Below, piece after piece: positions 25,600 through 39,083 of a stretch of 64,000 nucleotides of DNA. A program made the position numbers and the translations under genes. The notes under the pieces were generated by a model. The model saw only the letters and a list, made by a program, of their open reading frames with translations, was not told where the DNA came from and did not search any database. The stretch spans positions 1-64,000 of the forward strand of contig KZ538230.1 in the NCBI GenBank assembly GCA_000934665.2, read 5' to 3'. Each line of letters opens with the position of its first letter. Positions within the stretch are counted from its first letter, which is position 1. This stretch comes from Catajapyx aquilonaris (lineage: Eukaryota).

Positions 25600-28500
25600 G
25601 TTCATCTTTCAATAATGTGATACCAGAATGTGAGTAGGGTCATTGTAATGATTTCAAGACTTCAAGGGTAGTATTACCCAAACAGTGGTGGAACAATATC
25701 CACATGACATATTTCCATTCCTAGTCCAGATTTCTTTCTGTCCACTGGTGAGTCCCAGCAGATGCCACAGCCGTCCATCCAAAGTGTTGGTCATCTCTCA
25801 CCTGCTCCCTATTGTCACTGCTTTATGGTCAACCAGCAGGGTTCAGAGGCTACCACACGCGTCGGCTATTTCTGGTGTCCACCGCCCCCTTCCGAGACCA
25901 CTGGTCATCCCGATTACCATCTCTAACTGTTCTTGTATCTTTCTTGGATCACCTGCAACCATCCTGTGCCCATAGGCAACCTCCCAAACGCTTCAGTCAG
26001 GAGCATATTTCTGGGCGTCTGAGGGCACGCGCCTGTGCATTTCCAGAGGGGTGCCATCAGGGTCAAAAATAGGGGGGCATGGGGTACGTATGGGGGGAAA
26101 AGAGAGACCCCCATTGAACCTCCCTGCATAGAGATGAGGTGGGTGATGGCAAACTTGCACCGGCCCCCGGATTCGGCACAAAGGCCCGACCTCGCTTCCC
26201 TGCTGCACCTGGTTCCTCTGGATTACGCCCGGATTGCAACCTCAAAAGAGGGGTTTTCTTTTTTTTCGGGATATATGCTGTACCCACGCCGATGGGAGTC
26301 GGTTCTGGTCAAATTGCAGGTATATAGTGCAATACCTGTTTTGAGTGCGACGCTGCAACTACTGATTTCATCTGGAGAGTATACGCGGCTTGCGCTCTGC
26401 ATTGCATGTGCAGCTGCGTGTCAAGGGGTAAAACTTGTTTTTGTGAATGGTTTGACTGCGTCGCTCAGGGCATATATGCGAACAGTGTGACCGATGAAGG
26501 CCGTTGACTGTGGTTTTTGGCCAAACTACGTGTTGGCAATGACGAAGGAAATTACTTGGAAAATTGTTAAGTTGGGAAGATATTGAAATACTGATAGAGT
26601 TAACTCAAAAAGTTGATTCAACTCCTTACATCCTTTTGATTTAATTAAAATGCGGTTCTCATGGGGTAATATGTAATTTATGCAGTGATCTTGTTGGTCA
26701 GCACTTGCACGTGGGGATATGGTTTTGTCTGTTATGCAATGTTGACAGACAGTCATGAAGTCCAATAAACGATTCCAATAAAAATAATGTTGAATATTAC
26801 CTGCACGAATATTGTGTGGATGTGTATGTGTGGTTATAGGGTGGGGGAAAAGTAGAATGGATAGAGAGGAAAGTGATGGGAAACATTATTATAGTTCTCC
26901 AAAGAGGGGAAGGCAAAGGGGAGGGTCAGGTTTCTCTTTACTCCCTTCCCCCAGCATTCTGAACAAAAATTCTAGTCTGGTGGCTTTACCTCGGCTACGT
27001 CCCGCAGTTGCAATAGTTGCATGGTGTTGCGAAAGACTGTGCAGTTCTAAGCAGGCAGTTAACAAAGCCATATTTCTAGGAGATGACCAGCCAACGACAC
27101 GTAATTGATTTGAAGATGTGATGGGCACATAGTTACCTTGCGTTACATCGCTAGATATTTTTAAATCGAAACGTCACAGTACACGAATATTGCATTGTGA
27201 CAGCCCACTGAAGCATATGAGACTTTGCTCCAGGCATATTTTTTTCTCCATTTTCCCTCCTAAGGCATGGTGAATCTTGCTCAGAAGAACGTTTGAAGGT
27301 GCAGTCTGGAAGGTCCAGGAAGGTCTTTTCGTCTGAATGGCAACCAGCCCGTAGTCCCCACCTTTAGAAAATCGGGTAGCGTGAAAAAGAAAAGACGGGA
27401 ATGGCGAAGGTTTTTTCTTCTTCCCAATCGCCTCACCTGCCTTGGCTCTAGAAACGACCTGCTCTCATCTTTGTCCCCAGTGGCGCGACTATATGGGCAC
27501 CACTATACGGGCACCCCCGAATGCTGCTCATAGAAAGTGGAAGGGAGACCCCAAGCCAAGCCAGGAATGTCACCTGTTCCTGGCATCCTTGCCACGTGCC
27601 TCAATGTGGCACGTACACTCATACCAGGGAGATATGCCAAGAGAAAAAAATGTTATTGTTGTAAAATGCAGAACATTGTGAGTGTGGTATACAGACTGGC
27701 ACGATGCTGCCAACCTGTGGCAGATGTATTCGAAAAGCAAGGAAATAGGGGCTGAAGTCGTATTTTTGACCTGAATCAGGCTGGACAGAAATCTGAAGAT
27801 TTATAGCTTTTTCTAAAACGTAAGCCTATCCGAAACGCGGATTGACGTGCGTCTTCCAGGCAGTTACCCTTTGCAGTCGGCATATTGAATCGCCACCCCC
27901 TTATTTTTATGGCTAAAAATCCTTGCTCTGCAGCCGCAAGACAAACAAGTGTAAAAGCATTTTGAAAAGAGCTGCCGTCATCATAGATCAGATCCCTTTT
28001 TGGTGGATTTTTAAAACTTTTTCTTGTAAAGAGAAGTTTTTGCTTTTCTTCTCTCGTCTCCTCAAAAGATGCCGAGCATCTGGCTTATATCGTCTAAACC
28101 GACTCGAAAAATTCTTTGAAAAATATGAAGAATTGTATCACGAAAGACGAGTAGCAGCTTGACCACCCAACTAGTTTTCAATTTTCAATATTTGTGTTAG
28201 CTGACTGCAATATTCGCAGTTGTTGGTTTCAATACGAACTTTTGCTGATCAACAATATAAAAGAATTCAGCCCAAAAAAGAATCTAGTGTTTGGAATTCC
28301 TTGGAAGAAACCCGGTAGCAGGTGATGGCTGCTGGAATGAAATCCCAGGAATTCATCCATCCATCCATCTATTCGCTCACATCCCCCCACAGCCTGCCTC
28401 CCTCTGAGCAAGCTTCAAGGTTCTGGCTTCCTTCCGTCCTCTCTTTCCTCCGATCCATTATGGTGGCCCGAGGCACGGCCCGTGCCCATGGCCGTAAATC

Positions 28501-31500
28501 AGGGCACCAACCAGCAGCACCCCCATCATTTTCAAAACCACTCCGTCCGACCGACCGTCCTTCCCCATATTGGACCTCCATAGATGAAGCATCTCATCAA
28601 CATTCTTTCTAACACTTTCCCCCTTTTTACAAATCTGCACAATATGACATCGACATACCAGTTTGAGCATGCTTGTACTGCACAAGACTGTACTATAGAA
28701 AAACTCAATGATTCATGCCAGATTACCTCAACTACTTCTGACCACAAAACCTGCGTCATATGTGCTCACACATGTCCTGAAGGGGAGCACCTAACCCAGC
28801 ACACATGTCCTCCCTATACTTATACAACATGTCTTTTTTTTCTTCCGCCTACACCTCCCTGGGAAGACCCTTCCTTAGTCTCCCCCACGCCTTTAGACGA
28901 ATCCTCTTGGCCCCTTCTTAGGTTACCCCTTGAAGGAGTCTTGTGCCAAGCAGCCATGTTGGATAGTTTTTTTTTGGGTGGTAGTCCTTCTTCAGTGTTC
29001 TCATCAGTGTCCGAACGTGAGATTTGCCTGCAGATGCGAATCACTGGGTTGCTGAGTCCGTGGCGTCATGAATAGTCACGAAGGTGCATTTGCATATGTT
29101 GCAAGGATTTGGGAAGAGGGGCTATTCAGAAGTAGAATCAGGAAGGGAAAAAAGGATGCCATTAATTTGCTTCTTGTCTGCCAGTGCCAGAGAAAAAGGA
29201 GGAAAAAAATAGTGCGAGGGGGAAATGCAACGGACAGTGGACTTTCGCTTTTTTTTTACGTCTCACTATAAGCGTTGTCATTTGTTACTAAACCGAAAAA
29301 AGATGGATGCAAATTTTTGGGAGTTAAATATACACGGGTTGGAATAATAATGCGCGGCATGTTTATGAAGATTAATGACTGCTGTCGCCGAGAGATGGTT
29401 CCTTTCCCAAAAGCGATGGAGGAGCCTTTCAAACGTCACCAGTTAGCGCGACATGTAAATCTTCATTATTTGGCCTGTCATTGATATGTAAGATTCGCTT
29501 TTTTTATGGTGTTCCCTAAGCAAGTCATCAACTTGGAGGAGATTACAGAAAAAATTGACGTCCTCCTCATTATTTTTTTCATGAAGTTTCAGATATGGTC
29601 ATTTATCAGAATAAGCGGTGCATCCAGGCTTGCAATGGGACTTTGTGGGTGAAATAATATGAGGCATAGTCATCCCATTTCCATTAGAAATCCTATGGAA
29701 TTTTCCTATGGGACCGTCTTCCCCGGACTTCCCCATCATTATCAAATCTTACAGGGTAGCAGGAATATAGGAGTTGAATAGTTATAGGAAATAAATATGA
29801 TGTCCTTATTTAATGTGCCGTATGACAGACAGAGTGCACTCTATACAAGTTTTATGGATAACAGTAATTTTGCATAAAACTATCAGGAAGTGTAATGGGT
29901 GTTTCATAAAATTACAACTCTATCAGAGACTGGCTCAATTGGGCCTAAACTTCTCCACCCGCAGGCACAATATATTACAAAATGGAAGAGGATTTTCGAA
30001 CAAACTGAAATAAATGTCCCTGTAGAGGACATCAAGGCGCCCCACACAGGCCCATTTCTGAATAGAGAACCAATGGTTCATGATGTTTGTGGTCATGACT
30101 CATGATTTATGAGTGATTCATGCGAAGATGTGACCATGATTGGGTAAATATATTATTGTATACGACATTTGCCTTTACCTCTTCATATACAGTAACGTGC
30201 CTCGCAAGCGACCTGAGTAAATGCACTGGTATTTCTTACTTTCGTATCATCTTACGTCGGGCCAAAATATCTGCATACAGGAATACGTGTTCTCGATTTT
30301 TCCGCAAATCATACCATGGACGCTATAACTGCGTAAAAAAAAAACTGAATTTCCTCCGGCAATGCAACCCTTGTGTGCGGGGCAGAGGGGATGAACGTAG
30401 CGTCCTTTGGAATAGAGCAAAGCTGGTCATCCTATTTGCATCTGTATGAGCGTGCAGCTATGAGCTAGCGAATCTCAGCAGCGCTTCCCACAACGCTCCA
30501 AACACTCTACCGAAGAAGCCTTTGGTCATTTCCCCCACTCCTCCCTCCCTCACCCCTCATTCATTCTATCTAACCCCCTCTCCACTCCTCTCCCCACCCC
30601 CCACCGAAAAGGTCTATTCATCTCCCTTGATGACCACATCAAAGAAGTAAGCGCGTCACTATGCTCAACCTGGGGATAAATAATGTTCCAAGACTATCCT
30701 AGAGTCTCGGAGAGAGAAAGAAGATGAAAAAAAAAAAGAAGTGTAAAGCCCCCTCGTTCGTGCATACGGAATGAGATGCGCCATTAGTATAGAGGAAGAG
30801 AGAAGGAGGAGGGATGGCCAATTGCAAATTCAATCCTTGCCTTGTTTTTTACCTTTCATTTTCTTCCCCGTCCTTTTGTGATGGTTCCACCTTGCTTTTT
30901 TTAACCTTCCCACAGGATGCAAATCTACACTTGGCTCACTTTCTGGAGGGACACTTGGCCGTTCCACTGGTCACCTAGCCGGTCAAACTCCCAGGTGGGC
31001 TCCGGCTGGACACCGGATTATTCCCCGCTGGTGTTGTACCTGAAGGCAAATTCTCTTTCGTTACGATGTCACTTTCGAATGTTGCTTTATTCAACCCATT
31101 TATGCTGTGGCCCCTTTCAATGGAGATTCGAAGACTGGTAGTTTTCAACGTACGTTTCAATTCATCTGGCGACTGGGTGATTAATATTTTTGCAAAAAGA
31201 AGAGGACATACAGGGTCTTGGTAGGTATAGTCTGATGGACCTGTTTTTTAATCAGTTCGTAAATTTCAATTATAAAAGATACCTAGTTTTCTGATAACAT
31301 CAATATAAATCCGGTTGAACAACCTACGACATTAGTGCAGATAATGCGTGAAAGCAAAATTATTTTAAAATTGTTATTGCATCATCATCAAACTATTCTT
31401 TAATCGAATTAAAGATATAGTATAAGATTGTGACAATGTGTTTTTCTGCTTTGATTATTTCAGCTTTTCCTTATTTACCTTCGTATAGAGCCATGTGCAC

Positions 31501-33302
31501 TGCGGGGCCAAAATTTTGATACGTACAGTATGAATAGGGCCTACACCTACAACATACATTATCAGAAAATTTCCTCTGACAGCACTGAACATAGTTCTTA
31601 TTTGATACATCTCAAGTTCATCAAGGGGATTGTTCGAAGTATTTTGGATTTTCAAGTTGTAGAGCGGAGGGAACGGAAATAGCAACCAAACGATTTCGAT
31701 CAATTGGATAATAATTCTCCCCCCGAGTAAATATTACTCGGGGCACGAATTCACATCATTAGCTCATCAGGCTGTTTTTTGGCGTCATAAAACGGAAAAC
31801 AGCTTAGTTTCATGAGTTTCATCAATATGTAATGTAATACCAGAAAGCATCCGTACATACATACAAGACAGTGATGGTTCTCGTAATTAAGTTATGACTG
31901 AAAAAGGAAGCACTGTCACCAAGGTCCTAGAGTAACTTTGTATTGATGAAGAAAGATGGTTATATAATAATTATAAAAAGATCGTGTCATTTGTGATTGT
32001 ATCAAGTACGGTCGACGTACTTTTCCGCAGTTGTGTGGCTTCATCGTTTCGTTTTGCTAAAAGTTGCATGAAAATGTGCTCTGAATTTCTGCAACCGCCA
32101 TCGGCGCCGCCTTTCATTTTTCTCCTCCGCACGACCTTCAAGGCAGTAAATCCCGCTATTCACACGGTTTTCCTTACTGCCGGACGTAAAAAAAAAAATG
32201 CTGTCCGTTTCCACGTTAGACAGGTTCCGCTCTATAGGACAAAAATAAATGGAAAATCTTATACGCATCTGGCTGTCACGACAACAAGATGTTTCCTCAA
32301 TAAAATGACAAGTTTCTACTATATCAATGGACCGATATAGACACAGGTTTCACGGCATAAAAATACTGAAAATAATGGTGCATCCTTCTCGTATTCCACA
32401 TAACATCCTGTTAATCAGTAACGTACCGGTAATGAACAAATGTCACTGCCGAACACCATTTATGAGTGCTAATTTAAAGACATTGAAACCCTGCAATATG
32501 CTTTCATTTTCTAATATTTAAAATATGCTCATATTCATTTTTGTCAACTATGCATATCTCTTGCGCCTCTAATTCAGTCCTCACACTTGTACAATAATGC
32601 GAACATGCCCCCAGTAATCAAACCTTCCAGCTTGTGTACTTGCTACCAGCCGGTATCGCAAACCTGCATTTAAATTTCACTAATCTATGCATATCTGAGA
32701 GCGAACCTCCCCACGAGGATTAATCTTCTCCCTTGGCCCTACCCCTCCCCAGGCCACGAATCTGGCCTACTGATGAGCCCTGTGACTTATCTCCAAATGA
32801 AGCAATATGCCATCCCTTCTCTGCATCTCCCCTCGTCCCTTTTAATAAGATCCCGCCGTAACACCTCGGCCACATGTACGCCCCGGGGCCAAAAACCAAA
32901 ATGCGTATACACTCTCTCGGCCTTTCCCATGGACTCCTCCTACTCCCCTCTTCCTCCCCTCGTGTGAAGGTGGACGGAGGAAGAATAGAGACTCTCTTGT
33001 TTCACACTCATCTGTGCGTATATACCCCTCACGTACAAGCTTTTCAATGGGGGGAAAGGACGTGCACAGCAACTATGATGACCACGGACAGCACCAGCTT
33101 TTTTCACCTAGATGCCCAAGTGCAGTTGGCAGATTTAGAATCACTCTACCGGTCATCTCTGGAGCTGGTTTTACCCCAACTCCAACGGACATGTGCATGG
33201 AACCTTGCAACGGATCTGAGGGGGAGCATTACCGGTATATTTGCAGGTCACTTATTGAAAGCAGAGTCAGCAGCGTGAAAGTGAGGATATGTGCTTGGTG
33301 GC

Positions 33303-33304
<2 letters not shown>

Positions 33305-33372
<68 letters not shown>
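33305..33372. repeat. (TAA)n microsatellite, about 22 units
   Basis: Pure trinucleotide run. Confidence 0.97.
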
Positions 33373-33374
<2 letters not shown>

Positions 33375-36300
33375 ATCACTAACAGTAATATTGGTCCTGT
33401 AGCAGTTGCACTTTTAGCTAAATGCTAAAACTTGACTCAGCGTGTTAGTTTAATATCCGCATGTAAATGCGAATATTAATACATCGTTATTACAGCTTGA
33501 TCTTGGCTGACATAATGAGTTGGGAGGTTCCCAAGGGAGCACTTTTTTTTTTCATGGTGATTTCAGACCCAGCATTCTCGTTGTGCAGGGCCTTTTCACT
33601 TTGCCCTGCAGGCATGCAAGAGAGTACAAGGCTGCCAGACATGAAGGATGAAAAGAGGTTGGGGGATCCTCAGTACAGTACATGCGACAAGTGCCTGGTC
33701 CTGGGATCAAACTCCGGCTGTGATGGGCGTTGTTGGGCTTAGATGCAACGCTCCCTTTCCCCCCCCCCNTTCCCCCCCCCCCCCCCCTTTTAATTAGATG
33801 GACATGCAACATCCTTATGATTATCATGGCTTATTATATTCGCAGAAAACGAGCTACATAATCCTTATAACGACTGCACGGTACAGTACATTATGAAATC
33901 ATAGCATGTATCCCCCCGAAAAATTGAAGCTATTATTTGTCATTTTTTGTTTACAATATTGAGTTGCACCCTATAATAATCAGAGTTTGCCTTAGTGAGC
34001 AATTTTTTCACCAGAAGCCGGGAACTTCTAGATGCTTTGGTTCCTAATCAACCAACCAGAAATCGGGCTATACATTTCAGCCAAGGTCATACGCATGATT
34101 ATGCAATATAACGTCTCTCCATGCCAGCAGCCAACAGGCTTATTTATGCTACATCAGGTGTCCATATTCGCCTATTATAACTGTCGATTTCAGAAATGAC
34201 TTGAAAATCACGTGTGTATTAATTTTACAATAAAATGCCCATTAATAAATGCATTAAAGTGTGCTCCTCGCAGGAATTGACAGAGGAAACCGCCAGAACA
34301 TCTCGGCTAGAACAACCGGCATGCTGGCGTCAGGGACATAACCCTGACCTTCCTACTCATATGACAGTTTGACGCCTTATCTACTAGCTTGTAGACGGCC
34401 TCACTTAGGAATTTACTGATAAGCATTTCCTGAGGGGTTGAATCGCTGAAAGTAGGCTAAACCCTCAACAATAGATTTTCTTTTTAATTATTAGTTAAAT
34501 TTTCCTATGTACAATTCATGCCAATAAGTAATCCGCGGTCGAGGGTACCGTATATAAACATTACATCGTCAGCGGTGTAACCCTGCCAGTAAGAAATTTA
34601 TAGACCCAGTATTATGTAAGCCGCAAAGATTGTACCGAAGGGCACGGGACTTTTAAACCCCAAGAATGAGAAGAAATGAATGGAGAAAATGCTTAGCACA
34701 GGTGGGCCGACTGTGCCAGAAAGACACGACTTTTGAAGGAATGGAAGAACCAAAGGAGGAAGGGAAAAAAAAACTGGTTCGTCTGTTCAATTTTGTAGGC
34801 CTGGGTGCCGGTTCTGAATGAGCCCCGACCCTGTTTTTGGGTGTGGAAGAAGGAAGGAAGGAGGACCAAGGTGTTCGTGTAAAAATCTTCCAAATAGTGA
34901 CATAAAGAGAGAGGCCGAAGACGGGACAATAGATTGGAATTGCCTAGGAATTCCAAACTGCCCAGCTCGGCCTGTGGAAGGTCAAGGGGCTTCCACTACT
35001 GCTCCGTTCTGGTTTGTCGCATTATTTCCAGTTCCTCGTCTTTTACAAAGCGTATGGTGCTTACTACTAGGAACGAGAAATTCAGTGACCCCATAAAATA
35101 CCATGTGTGTGTTTTGCATAATTACTATGTTTCAATATGGAAATAATCCAGAGTATAGCAGTACATAACGTACCGGTATTACATGAACAAAATAAGAAGT
35201 AGGCCTAGTAATACGACCCCTAATTGCATCCTGATTAGCCTTGGCCTCTGGCTTAACCCTGTAACCGAGTATGTCTGACCCATGGATCCAATGAGCCGTC
35301 TCAGATCACAAAAGCCATGATCCCCTCCACCTTCCCACATCCTTCATCGGCAGGTACAGCTTAACTCTTCAAAACAAACCCCTCCTTTTTTAGGCCACCC
35401 CTAAGATGAGAGCCGTAAAAAATCTGATATTTTTTTCCTCCTGACCCCCCCCCCCATCCCACCCCCTACCTTGTGAAAGGGTGAAGAGAAGAAGAGATCC
35501 GAATAGGTCCGAGGTGAAAGAAACCATATGCCCGCAGTGTTCCCGCTTGGCCATCAAATTATGCGTCTCATTCTCAAATGGTAGATAATGACACCCCAGT
35601 GTCTTTTATGCCAGCAACCTCCCCGTACAGTTTCAGTGTGGCCGCTGGTTTGCATATGTGGATGGCTGCTAGGGGACCCCTCCAGCAAAAGGACAGTAAG
35701 CAGATGAGAAGGGCAAAAAGAGAGGTGCTTCACTTCAATGTGTGATTCTCACGCGCAACTGTACATTTACCCTCCCCCATTTATCAGCTGCCTGTATTTA
35801 TTTACTTTTTTATTAAAGGGGTTGGGGGAACGTCTGGGGGTGAATCGGACAATTACTTTAAATCTCCCGTTTTGTCCGGTTGAAGTGTAAGAAATAAACC
35901 GTAACAGATTGTGTACCGGTGTTGTAAATGAATATGCAGTAGCTGATTTTGAATCCACACAGTTATTCCATAGAAGAAGCGAATTATTTCCGATACCAAC
36001 TAATTGCCGACATACTTTGCACACGTCACGTACACGAGCCAACACATGCCCTGCGTTACGAAAGGACCACCTTCGAAATGTATAAATCCAAGCGTGTCGG
36101 GTGAATCAATCAATGGCGCCGTCTCCACGCTTGAAATCCTTCCCGACGATGATAAATTTCTTCTACCAGACCTGTATCGACAAGACTTTCCAAGTTATAC
36201 CCTTTTCAAAATGCACCATCGACATTGCGACGCCTTTTGAGGCTCCAAGTTGGTGGCAGGTGCAGTGCATGTCTTAGCATGCTTTCAGCTATGGGTAACT

Positions 36301-38299
36301 AGATCAGGCCCCATTTTTAAGCTTTCCGAGTAAACACTTTCGCAATCACCTGCCCAAAATGCCCGCATAGAAACAAAGGTCAAGAAAACAGGGAAAGGGG
36401 GGAAAGGATTAGTGAGCAAGTCGGGACAGGTCATGTTATGACCAAGGGTAGCGTCGTCTTTGGAGATGATTTCATCAACCTGTTAAGGCAGACATGGGAC
36501 GCGCCGGTTAACCTAAGAGATAACATCTGACACGCAAGGTCAGACGCGGACACCTATTCGGTGTCTCACGACTAAAAGCAGAAGCACAGGTTAGTCACCA
36601 AAGCTTATGTCGGGATGTGTAACTGAAGCCGCATATGTTTTTCTGGTTTTGGCTGACTAATTACAAGCGCGCCACCGTGGTGCCTGTCAGCTTTGCAATG
36701 AAGGATGAAATAATGTGGCCCAGGGATGTGTACAGGAATGCACTGACTAGACAGAAGATAGCATGACACCAACATTCCTCGCCCATTTAAATTACCGTTG
36801 CAATATGCACAATAGGAGCCCAAATGTAGACTTTACAAAGACCATATTATTTTATACCAATGTGTAATATAGTACACACATAGGTATAGCTCGTCTCTAA
36901 AACACTAGGTGTGCTACCCAGAGGTCATATGTCTAGGTGTAATGTGATGCTAATGGCGATACTTACGGTTAAGATGGACGCGTAGAAAAGTGACTCCAAA
37001 AACCATCCAGACCGTCCAAAAACTACTGCAGTATGTAGTTTTTGGATGCTGTCATTACTCGACTGAAGGAGAACAAATCACACCCACACCAGTCTAGTCC
37101 AGGGATATCTTTGCGCTAGGAAAATATATAATCCTATACTACAGCATTGATGTGTGCTGTACCAACATTTCCCCCCACTTGACGGCAACAATGTGGAAAC
37201 GCCAGAAAAGATAAAACTGGTACTGTACGTATATGATACAGAGATACTGACGACGTTTTCAAAATATTGCCAAACTCAAAAATCGAGGCCAACTGCGTCA
37301 GTGATTCCTGCCGTAATGCAAAAACAATTACTGCTAAGTATAATATACGAGGACACAAGCACATGATGTTGATTAGGTTGTGGGGAAAAAACTCGACGTG
37401 GAATAAACTCACAAAAAATTGCGGCAATGTCATTCGCTGTCCTTCACAAAGGCTACTTGCTACAGTGTATAAGAGCTCAAAAATTCTAAGTCCCACTTAC
37501 ATTCCTTAATAACTTAATTGCGATATTAACTATATGGTAGTTCAGGCGGTTCGGCCAGAACTCTGGCATAAACAGGACACCTCCCAAGAAAGTTACGAAT
37601 TATTAATGCCATTCAAATAGCGCAAATAAAATACAAACGACGTAATGAGAGAAAGAGTAGGAAGGCCATCGTATTACTTCCGATTGAGACTAATTACGCC
37701 CCGGACCACACTGTTGAATAATTTCAAGCCTGAACATTTCCTTTTTTCCTCCCTTACATGCCAGGTGTTCAGAAAGAGGTAGCCTACTGAATTACTTGTA
37801 AAAGGGCGCCACATAAAATACCCGAAAATAACGTATGCATCGAAAATTATACATGGAGCAAACGACCGCTCAAAAGCTTTATTTTGCATTACGTATCGAT
37901 AATTTCACATACAGTACGTTGCATATGATATGGCCATATCGTTAACGAATTTTTAATATCCATTGGAATCGGAACAGAAGTAGCAGATATATAGTTGGCG
38001 CCAACCGGACTTGTATACTCTGATTACTTTTAATGTGCTCTTGAACAATACATACGACTCCCTTGTGACTCCCCCTCTGAATCCTTTAATATGACTTACG
38101 ACTCCATTACGAGCCAATGCTGACAAACAACCAGTGCTAAAAGGCGCATTAATACGTCTATTCCCCCCCATCCACATTAGTACGTCAACGACCCAAATGT
38201 GTCCATGTGTCAACCCCCTCGATGCTTATCCGCCCCCCAAACGTGTCGATCACCATCCCATCGACATCACGCCAACAACTTGATCCACCCTTCGATCAG

Positions 38300-38779
38300 T
38301 CCTGGCATATCCCCACACCTGGCATTTTCAATGTATGCCCTCCCTCCCCATGCAGTAAACGCAGCTTGTGTGTGCACCCACCCAACCCTCCCATCCACAC
38401 ACATACCCCCATAAAGCGTCGCCCTCCCCTTCTCCCACCATGTGCATGGGAAGGAAGCTGCATTGGGGAGTTGGGGGGGTACAAAATGCACCTGTCGTTC
38501 CTCCTCTCCCATTGGCTGAACCTGCTGGCCATGTGACGCGACCGGGCTTGCCATTGGTGGGCCGGCACGTGCGTCCAATGCAACCGCTGAGGAGCACGGG
38601 CTTATTTGTGCCGGCCACCTCTGAGCGGAAGGGCAGTAGGCGTGTGACTGCGCCCGTGAAAGCATCGTCTCTTTTCGTGCTCCTTACCTCGCTTCATACC
38701 TTGGCCACTCATTGCTGCTTGTCGTCGGTACCTATTAGTGCTACTGGTGTGTGTTATTTGGGAGGTTTGGATGATCAAG
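38300..38779 (+). promoter_or_regulatory. Putative proximal promoter and 5' UTR of the snail-like gene
   Basis: GC/CpG-richer stretch just upstream of the ATG. It has several CCAAT/ATTGG boxes (~38462, ~38511, ~38553, ~38575), a GGCACGTGC E-box (~38564) and two CACCTG E2-boxes (38316, 38489). No clear TATA box. The TSS is not determinable. Confidence 0.55.
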
Positions 38780-38873
38780 ATGCCACGCTCCTTCCTGATC
38801 AAGAAGAACAACTACAGCAACTGTCCTCTCAAGAAGAGGCCGCTGTGCTACGACTTTGAGGAGGATAAGACAG
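38780..38873 (+). CDS. sna: Snail-family transcriptional repressor (snail/escargot-like), coding exon 1: SNAG domain and NT box
   Basis: ATG at 38780 (AAG ATG C) reads MPRSFLIKKNNYSNCPLKKRPLCYDFEEDKT. MPRSFLIKK is a SNAG motif and CPLKKRP is the NT box of protostome Snail proteins. The exon ends at a canonical donor CAG|GTAAGC (phase 1). Confidence 0.95.
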
Positions 38874-39083
38874 GTAAGCACAGTTTGCGGATTATGTGCC
38901 CACGTGGTCGTGCTTTTTGTGCCGTACCGGTATTCATTTTGCACCGGTCAGTAGTTTGTACGACCGGTCTGAGTCACCTTGCTGAGAGTACTATTTTGGC
39001 CGGCAAGACACGTGCTATGTATTATCGGTGGCGTGGGGGATTGCCGTTGTGACTCATTGCTAACTGAACCCTTCTTTCTCCAG
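38874..39083 (+). other. 210-nt GT-AG intron of the snail-like gene
   Basis: Donor GTAAGC at 38874, branch-point-like TGCTAAC at 39058-39064, pyrimidine tract CCCTTCTTTCTC and acceptor CAG ending at 39083. Splicing joins exon 1 in frame (G+AT = Asp) to the zinc-finger ORF. Confidence 0.93.

Noticed and set aside
32769..32800. Hammerhead ribozyme core CTGATGAG (also on the minus strand near 15970, 29003 and 31765)
   Set aside because: No stem II followed by GAAA and no compatible cleavage triplet.
922..33769. Single N bases at 922, 17076, 22019 and 33769
   Set aside because: All are in or beside long G/C homopolymers, so they are sequencing or assembly ambiguity rather than biology.
34285..34400. 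Possible old SINE fragment on the minus strand
   Set aside because: Only a vague resemblance to a tRNA head, with no TSD or tail to support it.
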